Positions 13,293 to 27,688 of a stretch of 64,000 nt of DNA are shown here, piece by piece. The position numbers and the translations under genes were made by a program. Position 1 is the first letter of the stretch. Each line of letters opens with the position of its first letter. This DNA comes from Octopus vulgaris (lineage: Eukaryota), in NCBI GenBank assembly GCA_951406725.2, contig OX597832.1, positions 56,792,001-56,856,000 on the forward strand. Direction: 5' to 3'. The notes under the pieces are model-generated. The model ran no database searches and was not told where the DNA came from. It was given only the letters and a program-made list of their open reading frames with translations.

Positions 13293-13857
13293 TTGGGTTG
13301 TCCGGAAAGTTCATGCCACTTTTTAAAAGAAAGAAAAAGGTAATAAATACTTCCCATTATTTTTTAATCAACCAAATATGAACCATTTTATTGCACAATG
13401 CGTCTCCAAATTTCCTTTAACTTGAATAATACTCTCTTCCCAGAATTGAGGTGGTTTCATGGCAAAGAATTCATCAAGATATCTTTTTATGTGATCCAAG
13501 AAATTGAAATTTTTACCATTAAGACTATTCTGCAGAGACCTGAATAAGTGGAAATTCGAAGGAGCAATATCTGGTGAATATGGAGGGTAGAGTAACACAT
13601 CCCAGTCGAGCTGCAGCAATTTTTGTCTGGTTCCCAAAGCATCAAGTGCCAAAAATGAACCTTCTTATCTTCCATTTTAAAGTGTTACAGAATTAACACA
13701 GGTTATAGGAACATAAACCTTCTTCCACGAAAAGATAGCTTAAACTGTGCTCTAAATGGAGGTGTAGTCAAATCCTATTTTATGGACTCAACCATGTTCT
13801 AAAATAAGTCGAAAGGTAAGCTACTATGAATTGGCACAAACTTTCTGGACAACCCAA
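13293..13857 (-). mobile_element. Internally deleted mariner transposon
   Basis: TIRs ttgggttgtccggaaagtt..tgcca and tggca..aactttctggacaacccaa, with TA on both sides. The transposase start MEDKKVHF is joined directly to the C-terminal segment. Confidence 0.92.
13368..13675 (-). pseudogene. Mariner transposase remnant
   Basis: WDVLLYPPYSPDIAPSNFHLFRSLQNSL matches the mariner HPPYSPDLAPSD motif. Most of the ORF is deleted. Confidence 0.9.
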
Positions 13858-14489
13858 TACAAGGAGATCATAAGCATGTGGCTGAGTGGTTAGGCTGTTG
13901 CACACATAATCGCTAGATTGTGAGATCAATTTGTAGACCAGACAACCTGTTATGTTCTTGAGCAAAACACTTCATTTCATGTTGTTGTAGTCCCACTTTT
14001 GACCAGGAGGAGAATGTTAGCCTACTTGCCTAGCCAGAGGAATGGAGTCATTCCAAGGCTAGAACAATGCAAAGTGCATTGTGACCAGTGAGGTGTAACA
14101 CCACTGGATAATCTGGTTAGTCATGTGATCACAATTAGATTAGGATATTAAAGTAGGATTGTCCTTGTGAAAAACAAAATTAAAAAATAACAAGAGATAG
14201 GGAAAACATCAGGAAATAAATTTAGAGAAATACATACATAATATGAATCATCAACACACACACACACACAAACATGCGTGCACACACACACACATACACA
14301 CACACACACACATGCACATATGCACACACACATACACACACATGTAAAGAGAAATGAGAATAAACGAAATGGAAAGAATATTAAAGAAACTAAATTATTA
14401 AAGGATAAATGGTTTATGAAGAATTTAATGGGAAATTGGCAAAAAGATTGGCTGGAATGGTAGAAGAAGGAAGCAACAGAAATAATAAT

Positions 14490-14766
14490 GATTTCAAATT
14501 TTGGCACAAGGCCAATGTTTTAGGGGTAGGTGAGGGTGCCAATCGATTACATCACCCCCACCCACACCCACCCATGCTCAGTTGTTACTTTATTTTATTG
14601 ACCTCGAAAGGATGAACGGTAAAGTTTTCTTGGAAGAATTTGAACTCAGCAAGTAAAGTGTCCAAAATTCCACCAAGCACTTTGTCCAGTGTGCTAACAA
14701 TTCTGCCAACTCACCACCTTAATAGTAATAATAATGATAATAATAATAATAATGATAATAATAATG

Positions 14767-14826
<60 letters not shown>

Positions 14827-15020
14827 GTAATAATAATAATTATAGTAATAATAATAATACTTTCTACTGAAGGCACAAAACCTGAAATTTGATGGAAGGG
14901 GGCTAGCCGATTACAGTGACCCCAATGTTTCAGTGGTAACTTAATTCATTGACCCTGAAAGGGTGAAAAGCAAAAATGACCCTGGCGGAATTTGAACTCA
15001 GAATGTCTCAATGGGCAACA
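14490..15020 (-). mobile_element. Two SINE family B copies separated by (AAT)n
   Basis: Same motifs as 1930-2322. Confidence 0.85.
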
Positions 15021-16599
15021 TACTTAAGAATGATAATAATATCAATTATAATAATTATGATGATGAAGAAGATGAGGCTGAATAACTGAATGAAATTAGA
15101 GGTGAACTTGGATAGCCTGAAAGAAATGCAAGAGAAATGTCTCCAAGTATGTCCTATATCATTTGTCCCTCAAAAATATTCCTAAATAATTAATTAAAAG
15201 TTTATTCTCAAAGGACGTCTTAAATTCTTGTTCACAATAAGTAAACAAAATGAAAGAATCTAAAATTGCAATTTACAAAACAAAGGTTTTATCACACGTG
15301 TTGCATTAACTTAGAATTTCCAGTCTTGTGATATAAAACAAGAATTTAGAGATATAATATAAAATAAAACATATTCCTGCAAGGCTTTGATGAGGATTTT
15401 TTTGTTGTGAATATCTTGTTTTATTGCATAGAATTTGATGAAAATGAAATCTTCTGAGTACACTATTGGGTTTCTTTTTTATACCATTGCATTTCCAGAT
15501 GATCGATGCTCTTACACTCTTCATCTTCATCTTTCTCAGCACTGTCAGTTATTTCCCTTCCCATACCCCTATTGCAACTCATGTATCATTAGTCAACCCT
15601 CAACTCTATCTAATCTCTACAGTTGTCACCTACTCTTCCCTCTTTCCTATTTACCATCTCTCAACAATTTTTCTTCATTAAATTTGACCTCTCATCCATT
15701 CCTCATCTTTAACCAAATCTCACTCACACATAAACTCTTGCAACCTCTGTCCACTGTCCACCCTCATTCCATTCCTCTCTCCCCACTGACCTCTGCAGAC
15801 CTTGTACATTGAGGGGTCACCCTAATACCAATACCTCGTCACTATGTTATTTCTCTTTTCAGCACCAACCCAGTTACTCCTTTCCAATTTTCTATAATGT
15901 CAGAAGTCATTTAATTTCTGTACAGCAAGAAACCTCTCATCTGGGCCTTTTTTCTCTCTTTAACCCCTCATCCTACATCATTTTGTACCTTTAAGTTCTG
16001 AGTTCAAATTCCAACAAGGCCAACTATGCTTTTCGTCTTTTTTGGAGTTGATAAAATAAGTACCAGTCATGCACTGGGGTCAATATAATCGACATATCCA
16101 CTCCTCTAGGGCCAAATTTGAAAACCAATATTTCTCAACAGCCAAACATGCTTCCATGGATGTTTGGAAAACAAAAGATATTGTTTGTATTATAGGCAGC
16201 AGTTGCTTACATCTGTCATGTGACATCAAGTCAAGGTCAGCTGACCTTTGCAAGATTTCACTCAGTTACACATTTACTGTTGCTGTTTAAGCACAGGTCA
16301 TCTTTCACTAAACAGACTTACGCTATGATCAAAACCATCCTAACCATGACCATCACTCCTATTTCCTTTTCACTCACTCAATGTAACCAAGACCATCTTA
16401 TCCAAAGTGTTTCCCCATCTTTTTTTAACATGGTTAAGTAAGAATTGAAGAAATGAAGAAAATTATGGTGGTAGTGGTGATGGAGGACTGCAACTGCAGA
16501 GTCAGCGGTTGCAGTTGCAGTTGCAGTTGTAGTGGTGCCAACGACAGTAATTGTAGTGATTGTGGTGCATTACTTTTGATAGTTTTGGCTATAGTATTA

Positions 16600-17100
16600 A
16601 ATGGTTATGGTAGTAGTAGTTGTAGTAGTAGTAGCAGTAGCAATAGTAGTAGCAGTAGTAGTGGTAGTGATTATTGCTGTTGTTGTGGTGGTGGCAGTAG
16701 CGTTGGTGGTAGTAGTTGTGTCAGTGGTGGTAGTGGTGATTGGAGTTGGCAGTGGTGTTGGCGATGGTACTGTTGTTAGTAATGGTGTTGGCAGTGGCAT
16801 TTGCGATGGTGTTGGTGTTGGTGGTGTTGGCGTTGGCGGTGATGTTGGCAGTGGTGATAGTGTTGGTGATGGTGTTGGTGGTGGTGTTGGTGGTGATGTT
16901 GGTGTTCACAATGGTCTTGGCAGTGGTGATGGTGTTGGCAATGGCGGTGATGTTGGCGGTGGTGATGGTGTTCACAAAGGTGTTGGCGGCGGTGATGGTG
17001 TTGGCAATGGTGGTGGTGTTGGCGGTGGTGATGCTGTTGGTGATGGTTTTGGCGACGGTGTTTGTGTTGGCGGTGATGTTGGTGATGGTATTGGCGGTGG
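16600..17100. repeat. Cryptic (GGT/GAT/GTT) triplet repeat with higher-order ggtgatggtgttggc units
   Basis: Strict 3-bp periodicity. Several frames on both strands are open. Confidence 0.8.
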
Positions 17101-17795
17101 CATAAACCAGAACACATCAGAATCTATTTGGTAACAGTTCTATAAGATTTTTAACACACTCACACACACACACACATTAAACAACAAGCAAGCATGAACT
17201 ACCACCACCACCACTACCACCACCACCACCACTATTACCATTACCATCTCCACAGCCGCCATTATAATCATCATCATCATCATCATCTACCTCTACCTAC
17301 CTCCCTGTGCTAACTCAGTGGTGATGAATCCATACAAGACTAATTAGATAGGATACTTCTGCACCAGATCTGTCTGTTGCCAATGGAATTCTGAAATCCA
17401 CTTAACAAGAATCAACACATTGTAAAAGTTTAGGCAATAGTAGCAGCAGCAGCAGTAGTAGTAACAATAGTAGAGGTGGTGGCGGTAGTAGCAGTGGTGG
17501 TGGCGGTGGTGATAATAGATCTTTAAATTACAGTGAACTATCAATGAAAGAAAAATAAGATGCAAAACAAGGTGGTAGTGGTTATGGCGCTGGTGGCGCT
17601 AGTGATAGCAGTGGTGGTGGTGTTGGTGGTGGTGGTGGTGGTGGCAGTGGCTGTGATTCCATATTTGAAATATTCATGTGGTTTGAACTTAGGAGGAATT
17701 ATACTTGAATCTTATAAGACCAACTTTGAAATTACATGCATTATATAAATATATATATGCATATGGTTATATATCTATATCTATCTATCTATCTA

Positions 17796-17846
<51 letters not shown>

Positions 17847-17847
17847 A

Positions 17848-17892
<45 letters not shown>

Positions 17893-17918
17893 ATATCTAT
17901 ATATATATATATATATAT

Positions 17919-18031
17919 GAGTAACAGCTTTTGTTATATTTCTGCTGCTTTTAAATAAAGCATATTACTCTACCTCTGGTATTTGAGTACTCTTTCTTCC
18001 ACCTTGTTTCACATTTATGTGCTTACTCCGG
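17919..18031 (+). mobile_element. Penelope-like pseudo-LTR fragment in (TA)n, family P1
   Basis: Homologous to 31648-31882 and 56885-57065. It starts at gagta|acag, the 3' end of the hammerhead motif, and contains AATAAA. Confidence 0.65.
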
Positions 18032-18194
18032 TATATATATATATATCATCATCATCATCATCCTCATCGTTTAGCGTCCGTTTTCCATGCTAGCATGGGT
18101 TGGACGTTCTACTGGGGTCTGTGAAGCCAGAAGGCTTCATCAGGCCCAGTCAAATCTGGCAGTGTTTCTACGGCTGGATGCCCTTCCTAACGCG

Positions 18195-18226
<32 letters not shown>

Positions 18227-18247
18227 ATACATATATATATGTATATA

Positions 18248-18305
<58 letters not shown>

Positions 18306-18772
18306 CATATGTGCGTGTGTACGTGTGTGTATATATATATACATAAATAATACACACATACATACATACTCACACACATATATGTACATATATATATACA
18401 TACACATAAATATATATATATACATGTATGTGTATATATATTTATCTACATAAACCAACACACACATGTGAGTGCATGAATATATATATATATATATGAA
18501 TATATATATATATACACACACACAAACACGATTATATATATATATATATATATATTTATACATATATATGTATATTTGTATGTATATCTATATCTATAAA
18601 ATATATATATATATATATATACATACACATACACATGTGTGCAATTGTACATACACACACAAATGCACACAATTATATATGTATGATTATATATAATAAT
18701 AATACACGAGAGAGAGAGAATGGGAAAAAAATTTAGCTAAGAATTAGTGATAGACTAATGCACACACACACA

Positions 18773-18839
<67 letters not shown>

Positions 18840-19773
18840 CATTAACTCACATTTAACGAAGTTCATACATTCTACTGATATGAACAATAATTTTGTTTTT
18901 CAGAACGGTTTGCATGTAAGAACCTACATTCCGACTTATTTAAATGCTGCAGAACAGAATGCAACCAACAAATTGATACAACAAACACCATAAGCATTAG
19001 CTCACACAAATATTTACTTTGAAGCATGTTAATACGTTCTACAACACTTCAAACATCTAACTTCATGTGCTACATTAAAAACATGTATTAACATAGTTAT
19101 TGTATATGTTTACATCACATCAATATCACATGTATGTATTCATATATTTACATGGAATATTTAACGTAACGACTGCACTGTGCGCTACTCTCCTATCTGA
19201 TAGCAAAATGCAATGACATCGAATAAGAAAAGGAAATAATCTATAAAATCGAGAATTCTCTGGAATCAACAAGCCATTAACGAATAAGACAGCATTGTCA
19301 TTTTTCTTTTTTTTTTTGTGTGTGTTTTTATACTGGAGACAAGAGGTCTGTTACATACATGTGTTTCTACCTCAATAAGTGTCATCAATAGTGCAGCTGT
19401 CTTATCTTCATTGCAGCAGACAGACTTGAACAAAGAAGTAGAGAACATCTATGGCATACAGTAATTTGCATAAAATGAAAACGAGCAAGTAGAAAGAACT
19501 TAGAATGATTCTCTCTCCTTCCTTCCTCTCTCTGTCTCTCTCTCCTGTGAAGAGAAATAATACGAGTGATAAAAATGGCTTTATAGTGGTTTTGACTGCT
19601 ATTTCTAAACATACAAGGGTTTTGAAACCTTCTTGGTTATAATTGTGACTTGTTCATAGTATAAACATTTTTCTGCTATGAATTTTGGCCATAGATATAT
19701 TCATAGATAATTATTAGTTGTCTATAATAAATCCTCTGTAATGTGTTATTGCATTACGTTTTAATATATATAT

Positions 19774-19877
19774 CCCACTGCGTGGTACCTTGGGCAAGTG
19801 TCTTCTACTATAGCCTCGGGACGACCAAAGCGTTGTGAGTGAATTTGGTAGACGGAAACTGAAAGAAGCCCATCGTA

Positions 19878-19923
<46 letters not shown>

Positions 19924-20140
19924 CGTGTGTGTTTGTGTGTCTGTGTTTGTCCCCCTAGCATTGCTTGACAACCGATGCGGGTGTGTTTATGTTCCCGTCA
20001 CTTAGCGGTTCGGCAAAAGAGACCGATAGAATAAGTACTGGGTTTACAAAGAATAAGTCCCGGGATTGAGTTGCTCAACTAAAGGTGGTGCTCCAGCATG
20101 GCCGCAGTCAAATGACTGAAACAAGTGAAAGAGAGTAAAG
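19774..20140 (+). mobile_element. SINE family A, 5'-truncated
   Basis: Matches 24405-24826. Confidence 0.9.
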
Positions 20141-20559
20141 AATATATATATAATATATACATGTATGCGTGTGTGTGTGTGTGTGTGCCTTTGTGTCTGT
20201 GTTTGTACTCCACCAGTACTTGACAACTGGTATTAGTATGCTCATGCCCCCATAACTTAGTGGTTCAGCGAAAGAGACTGATAGAATAAGTACTAGGCTT
20301 TAAAAACTAAAAAATGTCCTGAGTTCAATTTGTTTGACTAAAACCCTTTAAGGTGGTGCATGGCCACATGGCTCCAGCATGGCCATACGGCCCCAGCATG
20401 GCCACATGGCCCCAGCATGGCAACATGGCCCCAGCATGGCCACAGTCTAATGGCTGAAACAAGTAAAAGATAAAAGACAATGATATGCAGAAGACGTGTA
20501 AATTTATCAAGTAGCTGAATACACTGAGATTTTACCCCATCCAAACCTACATACGTATG

Positions 20560-20946
20560 TGTGGCTGTGTGGTAAGTAGCTTGCTTATCAACCACATGGT
20601 TCTGGGTTCAGTCTCATTGCGAAAATGTCTTCTACTATAGCTTTAGGCCGACCAAAGCCTTGTGAGTGGATTTGATAGACGGAAACTGAAAGAAGCCTGT
20701 CGTATATATGTATATAACTATATATGTTTGTGTGAGTATATGTTTGTGTGTCTGTGTTTGTCCCCCCAACATTGCTTGACAACAGATGGTGGTGTGTTTA
20801 CGTCCCCGTAAATTAGTGGTTCAGCAAAAGAGACTGATAGTGTAAGTACTAGGCTTACAAACAATAAGTCCAGGGGTTGATTTGCTCGACTAAAGGCAGT
20901 GCTCCAGCATGGCCACAGTCAAATGACTGAAACAAGTAAAAGAGTA
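20560..20946 (+). mobile_element. SINE family A
   Basis: Matches 24405-24826. Confidence 0.9.
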
Positions 20947-20973
20947 TACATTACATACATGCATACATTCATA

Positions 20974-21415
20974 CTCTGTTCAGATTACAAGTTCAGGTTT
21001 ATACCTGTAATTATTGGGGCCCAGGGATATGTAACACTGCCTAAATACCAATCTTGAGAAATTAAGGCTTTTCAAAACCAGAAAGGAGTAAGCTGATTCA
21101 AAGACTACAGATCCAATCCATCAGTGGAACTGTAAAAATCTGTAAAACTTTCCAGAAGTTTATTGTTTAAGTATATAAGAGCATGTCAAGACATGCTACT
21201 ATATTCATGGGAATACATATATAAAACAAAACATACAAATCTGTACATATTCATACATACATACATACATATATACATACATACATACATACATACATAC
21301 ACACACAAACACACTGTTGTTGATGTTGAGATTCCAATGAAGGAGCCTTGGATCTAGGTTAGAAACTGGCTTTTTCTCTATTGGCAAGAAATCTTGAAAT
21401 AAAACAGAATAATGA
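20974..21415 (+). mobile_element. 3' end of an R4/Dong-like (restriction-like endonuclease) non-LTR retrotransposon
   Basis: Frameshifted translation YKFRFIPVIIGAQGYV...LEKLGF...LIQRLQIQSISGTVKICKTF* resembles the C-terminus of RLE-type ORFs. A putative 3' UTR follows, with (CATA)n on both sides. Confidence 0.6.
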
Positions 21416-21441
21416 TATACATACATACATGCATGCATATA

Positions 21442-22326
21442 CAGGGTGCGATGGGTAAATTGTCGTCATACTATATTTTTAATTTCGCACGTGTGCATTA
21501 CTTGCTTTTGATTTTGTCGACTACACAGTATAGTAGGGTCAGTTGGGCACCGTCTGTGAGAAAAACAGCACCATGATGCAATTCACTCTACCAGAAATTT
21601 GGAAACTACACACTGTACTGCTTGTCATTCACACAAGAAGCTTCAGTATGAATGTTTCAGATTATTTGGGTGTCAATCTGAGAACAAGGCAAATGATTTG
21701 GAAAGAATTGGATGAGTCTAATGGTGATTACAAAGGTGTTTGGAATGATCACTAGTGATGGCAACGTTATGCCTCCATTCATCATCCGACATGGCCTAAG
21801 ACCCAACACAGAGGCCTACATCAAGTGCCTGGAGGAGGTAGTCTTGCCCTGGGTCAAGAGAGCAGCTGCAGGTAGACCCTTTGTCTGACAACAGGACTCT
21901 GCACCATGCCACACAAGCAGGAGAACCCAGTCATAGCTGTCAGACAATTTCTGCAACCACATAACCCCTAACATCTTGCCACCTAACTCCCCAGACTGCA
22001 ACCCACTTGATTATCATGTGTGGGGTGCAGTTGAGTGAGAGAGGAACAAAACCCCTTGTAACACCAAAGATGAACTGAAGGCAAGGATTATGGCAGCATT
22101 GACCAACTTAAACAAAGAGACTGTCCAGAAGAGTTGGAGTTGCAGGAAATCTCGAAGTCGTCTGGAGGCCATGGTTGAAGCCAATGGCGATTTTATTGAA
22201 TAAATTTACTCTTTAGTATTTCAAGATATTTTTATGTAAATTTGGTAAATACGTCTGTTAAAATGAGATGTCAGTGTTATTTTCAATTTTGCATAATTTA
22301 GATGACAATTTATTCACCAGACCCTA
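21442..22326 (+). mobile_element. Decayed maT-type (DD37D) Tc1/mariner transposon
   Basis: TIRs cagggtg...gtaaattgtcgtc and gatgacaatttatt...accct(a) with TA flanks. The remnant V*QQDSAPCHTS...PPNSPDCNPLDYHVWG has 37 residues between the 2nd and 3rd Asp and carries several stops. Confidence 0.9.
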
Positions 22327-23059
22327 TATATACATATATATGAACATATTCAGAAAAATTATATTACATACATATAAGAGGGATGACCATTAAGTGGACA
22401 TCCATTATGCTAGAGGTAGACCCCATATGGTCTGACCACTAAGAAAAAGACTGTTCTCACGAAAATTCAGCAAATGCCAGAATGTAATATGTCATATTTA
22501 TTCCCACCTATACATTGATAAGTAACCAGTACCAGATTTAAACCTAGTAAGGCTCCAGGGCCAATACATTCTGGGGGATCCTATGATGTTGTGTGTGTAA
22601 TTTTCAACTGTTTAGATATAAACAAAATACTGTGGATTTTGAAATCAAATATAACTCTGTAACTTCTCTCAATGCAAAGAACATATATAATTTCGTATTA
22701 TGAAATTTTGTTTATTCTTAAAGAGTTTTTGTATATTCCATAATTTCAATGGCTGCCAGCACTTAGAGTGTTTCTGACACGTTGATATTATCTGGTTCGT
22801 ATGTCTGGATAATGTACTGCTCTTCACTGTTCTCTTATTATAACAGAAGAAACCATATGCTCAAAGAATTTTTTTAAAAAGATACTACGTAAAAAAGAGT
22901 CAATTCAAAACGTAAGAATATAACAAGGGTTGAATTAAATCAAGGAGGCCTTAAAACTTAAAAGGGCCTTGATAGATTCAGAAGGACTCAGATTTAATAG
23001 CTTTTTAATCTAGAAGAGCACAATAAGTCAAAAGGGAGCTCAATTATTTTTAAAGAATA

Positions 23060-23420
23060 AGGTGGTGAGCTGGCAGAATGGTTACCACTATAAGCAAAAT
23101 GCTTAGTGGTATTTTTCTGCCAATATTCTGAGTTCAAATTCCACCAAGATCGACTTTACCTTTCATCCTTTCAGGGTGAATAAAATAAGTACCAGTTGAT
23201 CACTGGGGTTAATGTAATCGACTTTCTTCCACCCTTAGACTTATTGTCCTGGTGCCAAAATTTGAAACCAATATTTATAACAAATAATGGTGATGAACTG
23301 GCAGAATCATTAGCAAGCCATCCTTATGTTCTGAGTTCAAATTCTGCCAAGGTTGGCTTTACTTTTCATCCTTTTGGGGTCGATAAAATAAGTACCACTT
23401 AAGTCCTGGGGTCAATGTAA
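23060..23420 (+). mobile_element. Two tandem SINE family B copies (plus strand)
   Basis: ggtggtgagctggcagaat...gagttcaaattcc...ctttcatcctttcagggt. Confidence 0.85.
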
Positions 23421-23640
23421 CAGACTTAACCATTTCCCGAAAAGGTATGGCTGTGTGGTAAGAAGCTTGCTTTCTAACCACATGTTTCTGGGTTCAGTCC
23501 CACTGTGTGGTACCTTGGGCAGGAGTCTTCTACTAGCCCCAAGCCAACCAAAGCCTTGTGAATGGATTTCGTAGATTTCCTTAGATTGAAACTTAAAGAA
23601 GCCTGTCATATACATACACACATATATATATATATATATG

Positions 23641-23716
<76 letters not shown>

Positions 23717-23824
23717 TTCTAATATATATACGTATTGTATATGGGTATGTGGTGATTGACAATTTAAAGTCTGTTTCTCAGCGCATTGGCATAGAAATTT
23801 TTTCTTTTGCCCTTCTTTATAAAT

Positions 23825-23873
<49 letters not shown>

Positions 23874-24404
23874 CACACACACATACATATATATATTTAA
23901 AACTTTTATGGCCCTTTTTGGCCCATGCACAAAGCAGGCTCTGTATCTAGCACTGACTGTAAGTCATAATTTCGTTGTGGAGAAGTGCAGTCAACAGAAC
24001 TGACCCAGCAGATATCATATTTGTGCCAAACATCAGGAGTTGAACTCAGAGCAGAAAGAAAAATTGACAAAACTAAACGAAATCCCACAAAGAACATTAG
24101 TCTGTTAGGCAACCACTTCTGCCATTCCACAAGCTTGAATGATAGAAAAAGCAGATATCACACGCAGACATCAGTGTGTCGCATTAATATGTAATATATA
24201 TTAATGAGAGAGAGAAAGACACACACACACACAGACTCGGAAATATCTATTCTATTATTCCAGTGTTTTTACCATTCCACTGACTTCAATAATGTAGAAG
24301 CCTGTTTATCACTCAGACATGACTGGAACAAATCATGCGTAGATGGAAACACAGATATGGCACAGACTTTAGGAGAAGCGAACACTTCATTATATATGCG
24401 CATA

Positions 24405-24826
24405 GGCGCAGGAGTGGCTGTGTGGTAAGTAGCTTGCTTACCAACCACATGGCTCCGGGTTCAGTCCCACTGCCTGGCATCTTGGGTAAGTGTCTTCTGC
24501 TATAGCCCCGGGCCGACCAATGCCTTGTGAGTAGATTTGGTAGACAGAAACTGAAAGAAGCCTGTCGTATATATATGTATATATGTGTATATGTATGTGT
24601 GTGTATATGTTTGTGTGTCTGTGTTTGTCCACCTAGCATTGCTTGACAACTGATGCTGGTGTGTTTACGTCCCCGTCCCTTAGCGGTTTGGCAAAAGAGA
24701 CCGATAGAATAAGTACTGGGCTTACAAAGAATAAGTCCCGGGGTCGATTTGCTCGACTAAAAGGCGGTGCTCCAGCATGGCCGCAGTCAAATGACTGAAA
24801 CAAGTAAAAGAGTAAAAGAGTAAGAG
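24405..24826 (+). mobile_element. Full-length SINE family A (reference copy)
   Basis: A-box-like tggctgtgtgg, B-box-like gggttcagtccc, internal (TA/TG)n and (GAGTAAAA)n tail. Many homologues occur in this window. Confidence 0.93.
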
Positions 24827-25014
24827 TATGCTTAAATCAAACAATATAGAGGTATAAGCGTGGCTGTGTGGTAAATAGCTTGCTTACAAACCACATGGTT
24901 CTGGGTTCAGTCCCACTGCATGGTACCTTGCGCAAGTGTCTTCTACTATTGCCCCATGTTGATCAAAGTCTTGTGAGTGGATTTAGTAGATAGAAACTGA
25001 AAGAAGCCTGTCAC

Positions 25015-25062
<48 letters not shown>

Positions 25063-25297
25063 GAGTGGCTGTGTGGTAAGTAGTTTGCTTACGAACCACA
25101 TGGTTCTGAGTTCAGTCCCACTGTGTGGCACCTTGCACAAGTGTCTTATACTATAGCCTCGGGCCGACCAAAGCCTTCTGAGTGGATTTGGTAGACGGAA
25201 ATGGTAAATGTTTTTAATTTTCATTCCTTTCATGAATTTATCCCTTTTTGTGTTCTAGCACAACGCTTCCTTATTTGGAAGCCTCTTATTGTATATG

Positions 25298-25330
<33 letters not shown>

Positions 25331-26469
25331 ATAAGTCTCTGTGTGTCCCCCAACATCGCTTGACAACCAATGCTGGTGTGTTTACGTTCCCATAACTTAG
25401 CAGATCGGCAAAAGAAACCGATAGAATAAGTACTAGGCTTGCTCAACTAAAGGCGGTGATCTAGCATGGCCACAGTCAAATGACTGAAACAAGTAAAAGA
25501 GTATATATATATATATATGGTGTTAGGAAGGGCATCCAGCTGTAGAAACCATGCCAAATCAGACTGGAGTTTGGTGCAGCTCCCTAGACTGTCAGCTCTG
25601 GTCAAACCATCCAGCCCATACCAGTATGGACAACAAATGTTAGAGATGATGATGATGATGATGTGTGTGTGTGTGTGTCTTTGTGTCTGTGTTTGTGCCC
25701 GCATCATCGCTTCACAACCATTGTTGGTGTGTTTACATCCCTGTAACTTAGCAGTTCAGCAAAAGAGACCAATAGAATAAGTACCAGGTTTACAATAAGG
25801 GAAGTTGAGTAAATAGAAAGAAGTCTATTTGCAGACTGGCTCAGTAGGTTGTCCGCTAATGAGCACCACCAGTGTATTCATTTCTGTTGCAAACAGAACA
25901 ATCACAGCAGGTACAGGCTAGAATCTTCCGATAACGATTTTGCGTATATATAATAATTTTAACTACTACTTGTTGCAGTTGTTAGACTGCGGCCATGCTG
26001 GAGCACTCCCTTGAAGGATTTTTAGTCAAATGAATCGATACCCCCACCCCCAACTCCAGTATTTATTTATTTGTTTATTTATTTATTTTTTTTAGCTTGG
26101 TGCTTATTCTATCAGTTTCTTTCACTGAACTGCTAAATTATGGGGATGTAAACATACCAACATCGGTTGTCAAATGGTGGTAGTATACACACACACACAC
26201 AAACATACATACATACACACACACACACAAACATACACACACACACACAAACATACACACACACACACACACACAAACATACATACACACACACACACAC
26301 AAGCAAATCGACCCCAGGACTTATTCTTTGTAAGCCTAGTACTTATTCCATGGGTCTCTTTCACCGAACCGCTAAGTTATGGGGATGTAAACAAACCAAC
26401 GCCGGCTGTCAAACAGTGGAAGGGGACAAACAGTCACAAAGACACACACACACACATAAATATATAACA

Positions 26470-26912
26470 TCCTCATCATTATCATCATCATCATCTAACA
26501 TCTATTTTTCCATGCTGGCATGGGTTGGACAGTTTGACAGGAGCTGACCGTCTGAAGGGCTGTTCAGGGTCTAATGTCTGTTTTGGTATGGTTTCTTCAG
26601 CTGGATGCCCTTCCTAATGCCAACCACTATACAGAGTGTACTGGGTGCTTTTACATGGTACTGGCCCTTTTTTGATGGCACCAGCACCCACAAGATTAGG
26701 ATTGCTCAGCTGAAGAGGGATGCAGGGGACATGACTATATGGAAGGACAACCATAATTTTATTTAGCTTCACATGTTTTCTTCTCATGTACAACAAACCA
26801 TCAGGAATCTTGGTCCCTTGTCAACCTCTCTACGAAGCCCACCATCAAAAGATCCTTTCTCCCCACTTCATCTGTCTTCCTCGGTCTATCCCTTCTAAAT
26901 GTTCCCTCCACA
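26470..26912 (-). mobile_element. RTE-like LINE 3' end continuous with the family C (GAT)n tail
   Basis: Minus-strand translation VEGTFRRDRPRKT/DEVGRKDLL...TRDQDS matches the RTE C-terminal GRPRKTW...DR..W pattern. Confidence 0.7.
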
Positions 26913-27079
26913 ACAGACTTTTTTCAGTTTCCGTCAACCAAATCCACTCACAAGGCTTTGGTCGACCCAAAGCTACAGTAGAAGACACTTGCCCAAGGTG
27001 CCACACAGTGGAACTGAACCTGGAACTATGTGGTTGGGAAGCAAGTTTCTTACCACACAACCATGCCAGCACTTATATC

Positions 27080-27151
<72 letters not shown>

Positions 27152-27688
27152 GTGTGTATATATATATCATCATCATCATCATTTAATGTCCATTATCCAT
27201 GCTGCATGGGTTGAATGGTTTGACTTGGCTGGTACACTGGAAGGCTGCACAAGACTCCAGTCTGATTTGGCATGGTTTTCTATGGCTGGATGCCCTTCCT
27301 AATGCCAACCACCCCAAGAGTGTAATGGGTACCATTTGAGTGACACTAGGGTGCATTTATGTGCCACCAGCATGGGTGCCAAATTGTGTGACACCGGTAC
27401 CTGCCAAAAAAAAGAAAATGGAGATTGGGAAGTTAATAATTGTTTATTATCAACAGCAATTTAATCATCTTCCCTTACAGCTGTTTCAATCAATACTCAG
27501 TAAATATTTAGCAAATATCAAATTTATATGACCTGAGTATAATATCTTCAGAGGGAAAAGAAATATACCCTTGGATATTTTATGTGTTAATAGATTCATT
27601 ATAGCAGATTGAATACACACACACACAGACACACATATAGCCATGTTACACACTTAAGTATATATATATATCAATGACAATCCTTTAA

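Noticed and set aside
16601-17134. Gly/Val-rich 177-aa ORF resembling a structural protein
   Set aside because: Cryptic triplet repeat open in several frames, continuous with flanking microsatellites, with no convincing splice or start context.
21330-21380. Hammerhead-like ccaatgaagg...gaaactgg
   Set aside because: The core and stems do not parse cleanly. It is better explained as the 3' UTR of the RLE LINE.
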